Below are positions 23,626-24,000 of a DNA stretch of 24,000 nucleotides, one piece after another. Position 1 is the stretch's first letter, and the number at the start of each line of letters is the position of its first letter. Origin of the DNA: Haloimpatiens massiliensis (lineage in GTDB: Bacteria; Bacillota; Clostridia; Clostridiales; Clostridiaceae); assembly GCF_900184255.1 (NCBI RefSeq), contig NZ_LT854640.1, positions 2,238,703-2,262,702 on the forward strand. Direction: 5' to 3'. Below the pieces are notes generated by a model. That model did no database searches, had not been told where the DNA came from, and saw only the letters and a program-made list of their open reading frames with translations. A program made the translations under genes and the position numbers.

Positions 23626-24000
23626 TTACGGCACCTTTACAACATCAATATTTCCCGAGGTTGTATTAGTATTGATTTTTTTATATGGAGCAGAGCCTAT
23701 CTTACCATAAGCTTCATTTTTTTTCTCACTTTCATAATCCATATGGAAATCAGAATGTATATCTCCTGAAGAACATTTTCCAGTGAACTTAAAGCTTATT
23801 TTTTCCGGAATCTCTATTTTAATATTTCCTGAAGTAGATTCTATATTTGAATAATCGCTAATGTCTTTATATCTAATTTTTATGTTTCCCGATGTTGCAT
23901 GTGCATTTCCAGAACCTTCAAGAGAATCTATAGATATATTTCCTGATGAAGCATTAAACTCATAGTTTTTTGAATCTATTTTTTCTACATTTATATTTCC
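23626..24000 (-). CDS. C-terminal 124 codons of a DUF4097-type protein (LiaG/YvlB-like, beta-helical putative adhesin), truncated by the window edge
   Basis: The minus-strand frame is open from 24000 to the TAA at 23628-23626. The translation shows the periodic motif SGNI(S/K/D)I about every 20 aa (..ASSGNISIDSLEGSGNAHATSGNIKIRY..STSGNIKIEIP..CSSGDIHSDF..TTSGNIDVVKVP*). It is absent from the ORF track because it has no start in the window. Confidence 0.6.
   Translation of the reverse strand, partial: GNINVEKIDSKNYEFNASSGNISIDSLEGSGNAHATSGNIKIRYKDISDYSNIESTSGNIKIEIPEKISFKFTGKCSSGDIHSDFHMDYESEKKNEAYGKIGSAPYKKINTNTTSGNIDVVKVP

Noticed and set aside
23569-23769. 66-aa plus-strand ORF
   Set aside because: It is antisense to the DUF4097-type reading frame, which shows a clear periodic SGNIxI motif, and it has no SD.

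Overview
This is low-GC, Clostridium-like chromosomal DNA; the butanediol dehydrogenase closely resembles my recollection of the C. autoethanogenum/ljungdahlii enzyme. Gene order left to right:
- a truncated GNAT gene start
- a non-coding stretch holding a promoter/terminator-bounded unit and a long palindromic repeat
- cutC and a PTS EIIA gene, minus strand
- an IS110-family insertion sequence with a structured 5' leader (candidate bridge RNA)
- a 17-bp tandem array
- a glycosylasparaginase-type Ntn hydrolase gene, divergent from a LevR-like sigma-54 activator gene
- an 8-gene minus-strand operon: RDD protein, PTS EIIB, EIIC, GrdB-N-like protein, M20, M42, M42, PepV
- a small membrane protein and an ECF S-component
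- a sigma-54/AcoR-controlled 2,3-butanediol dehydrogenase
- a repeat-rich gap with nested MITE-like elements
- pdxT and pdxS
- a truncated DUF4097-like gene

The main candidate for a new system is a sigma-54 regulon. The hydrolase gene and the PTS-peptidase operon both carry TGGCA-N8-TTGC promoters and the same upstream-element layout. This suggests PTS-dependent uptake and breakdown of a glycosylated or atypically linked amino acid or peptide. Secondary leads are the IS110 leader RNA, a ~315-nt ORF-less transcription unit with 33-nt repeats, and three families of hairpin repeats, one of which shows a nested insertion with a 9-bp target duplication. All calls come from reading the sequence and from remembered family signatures; no searches were run.
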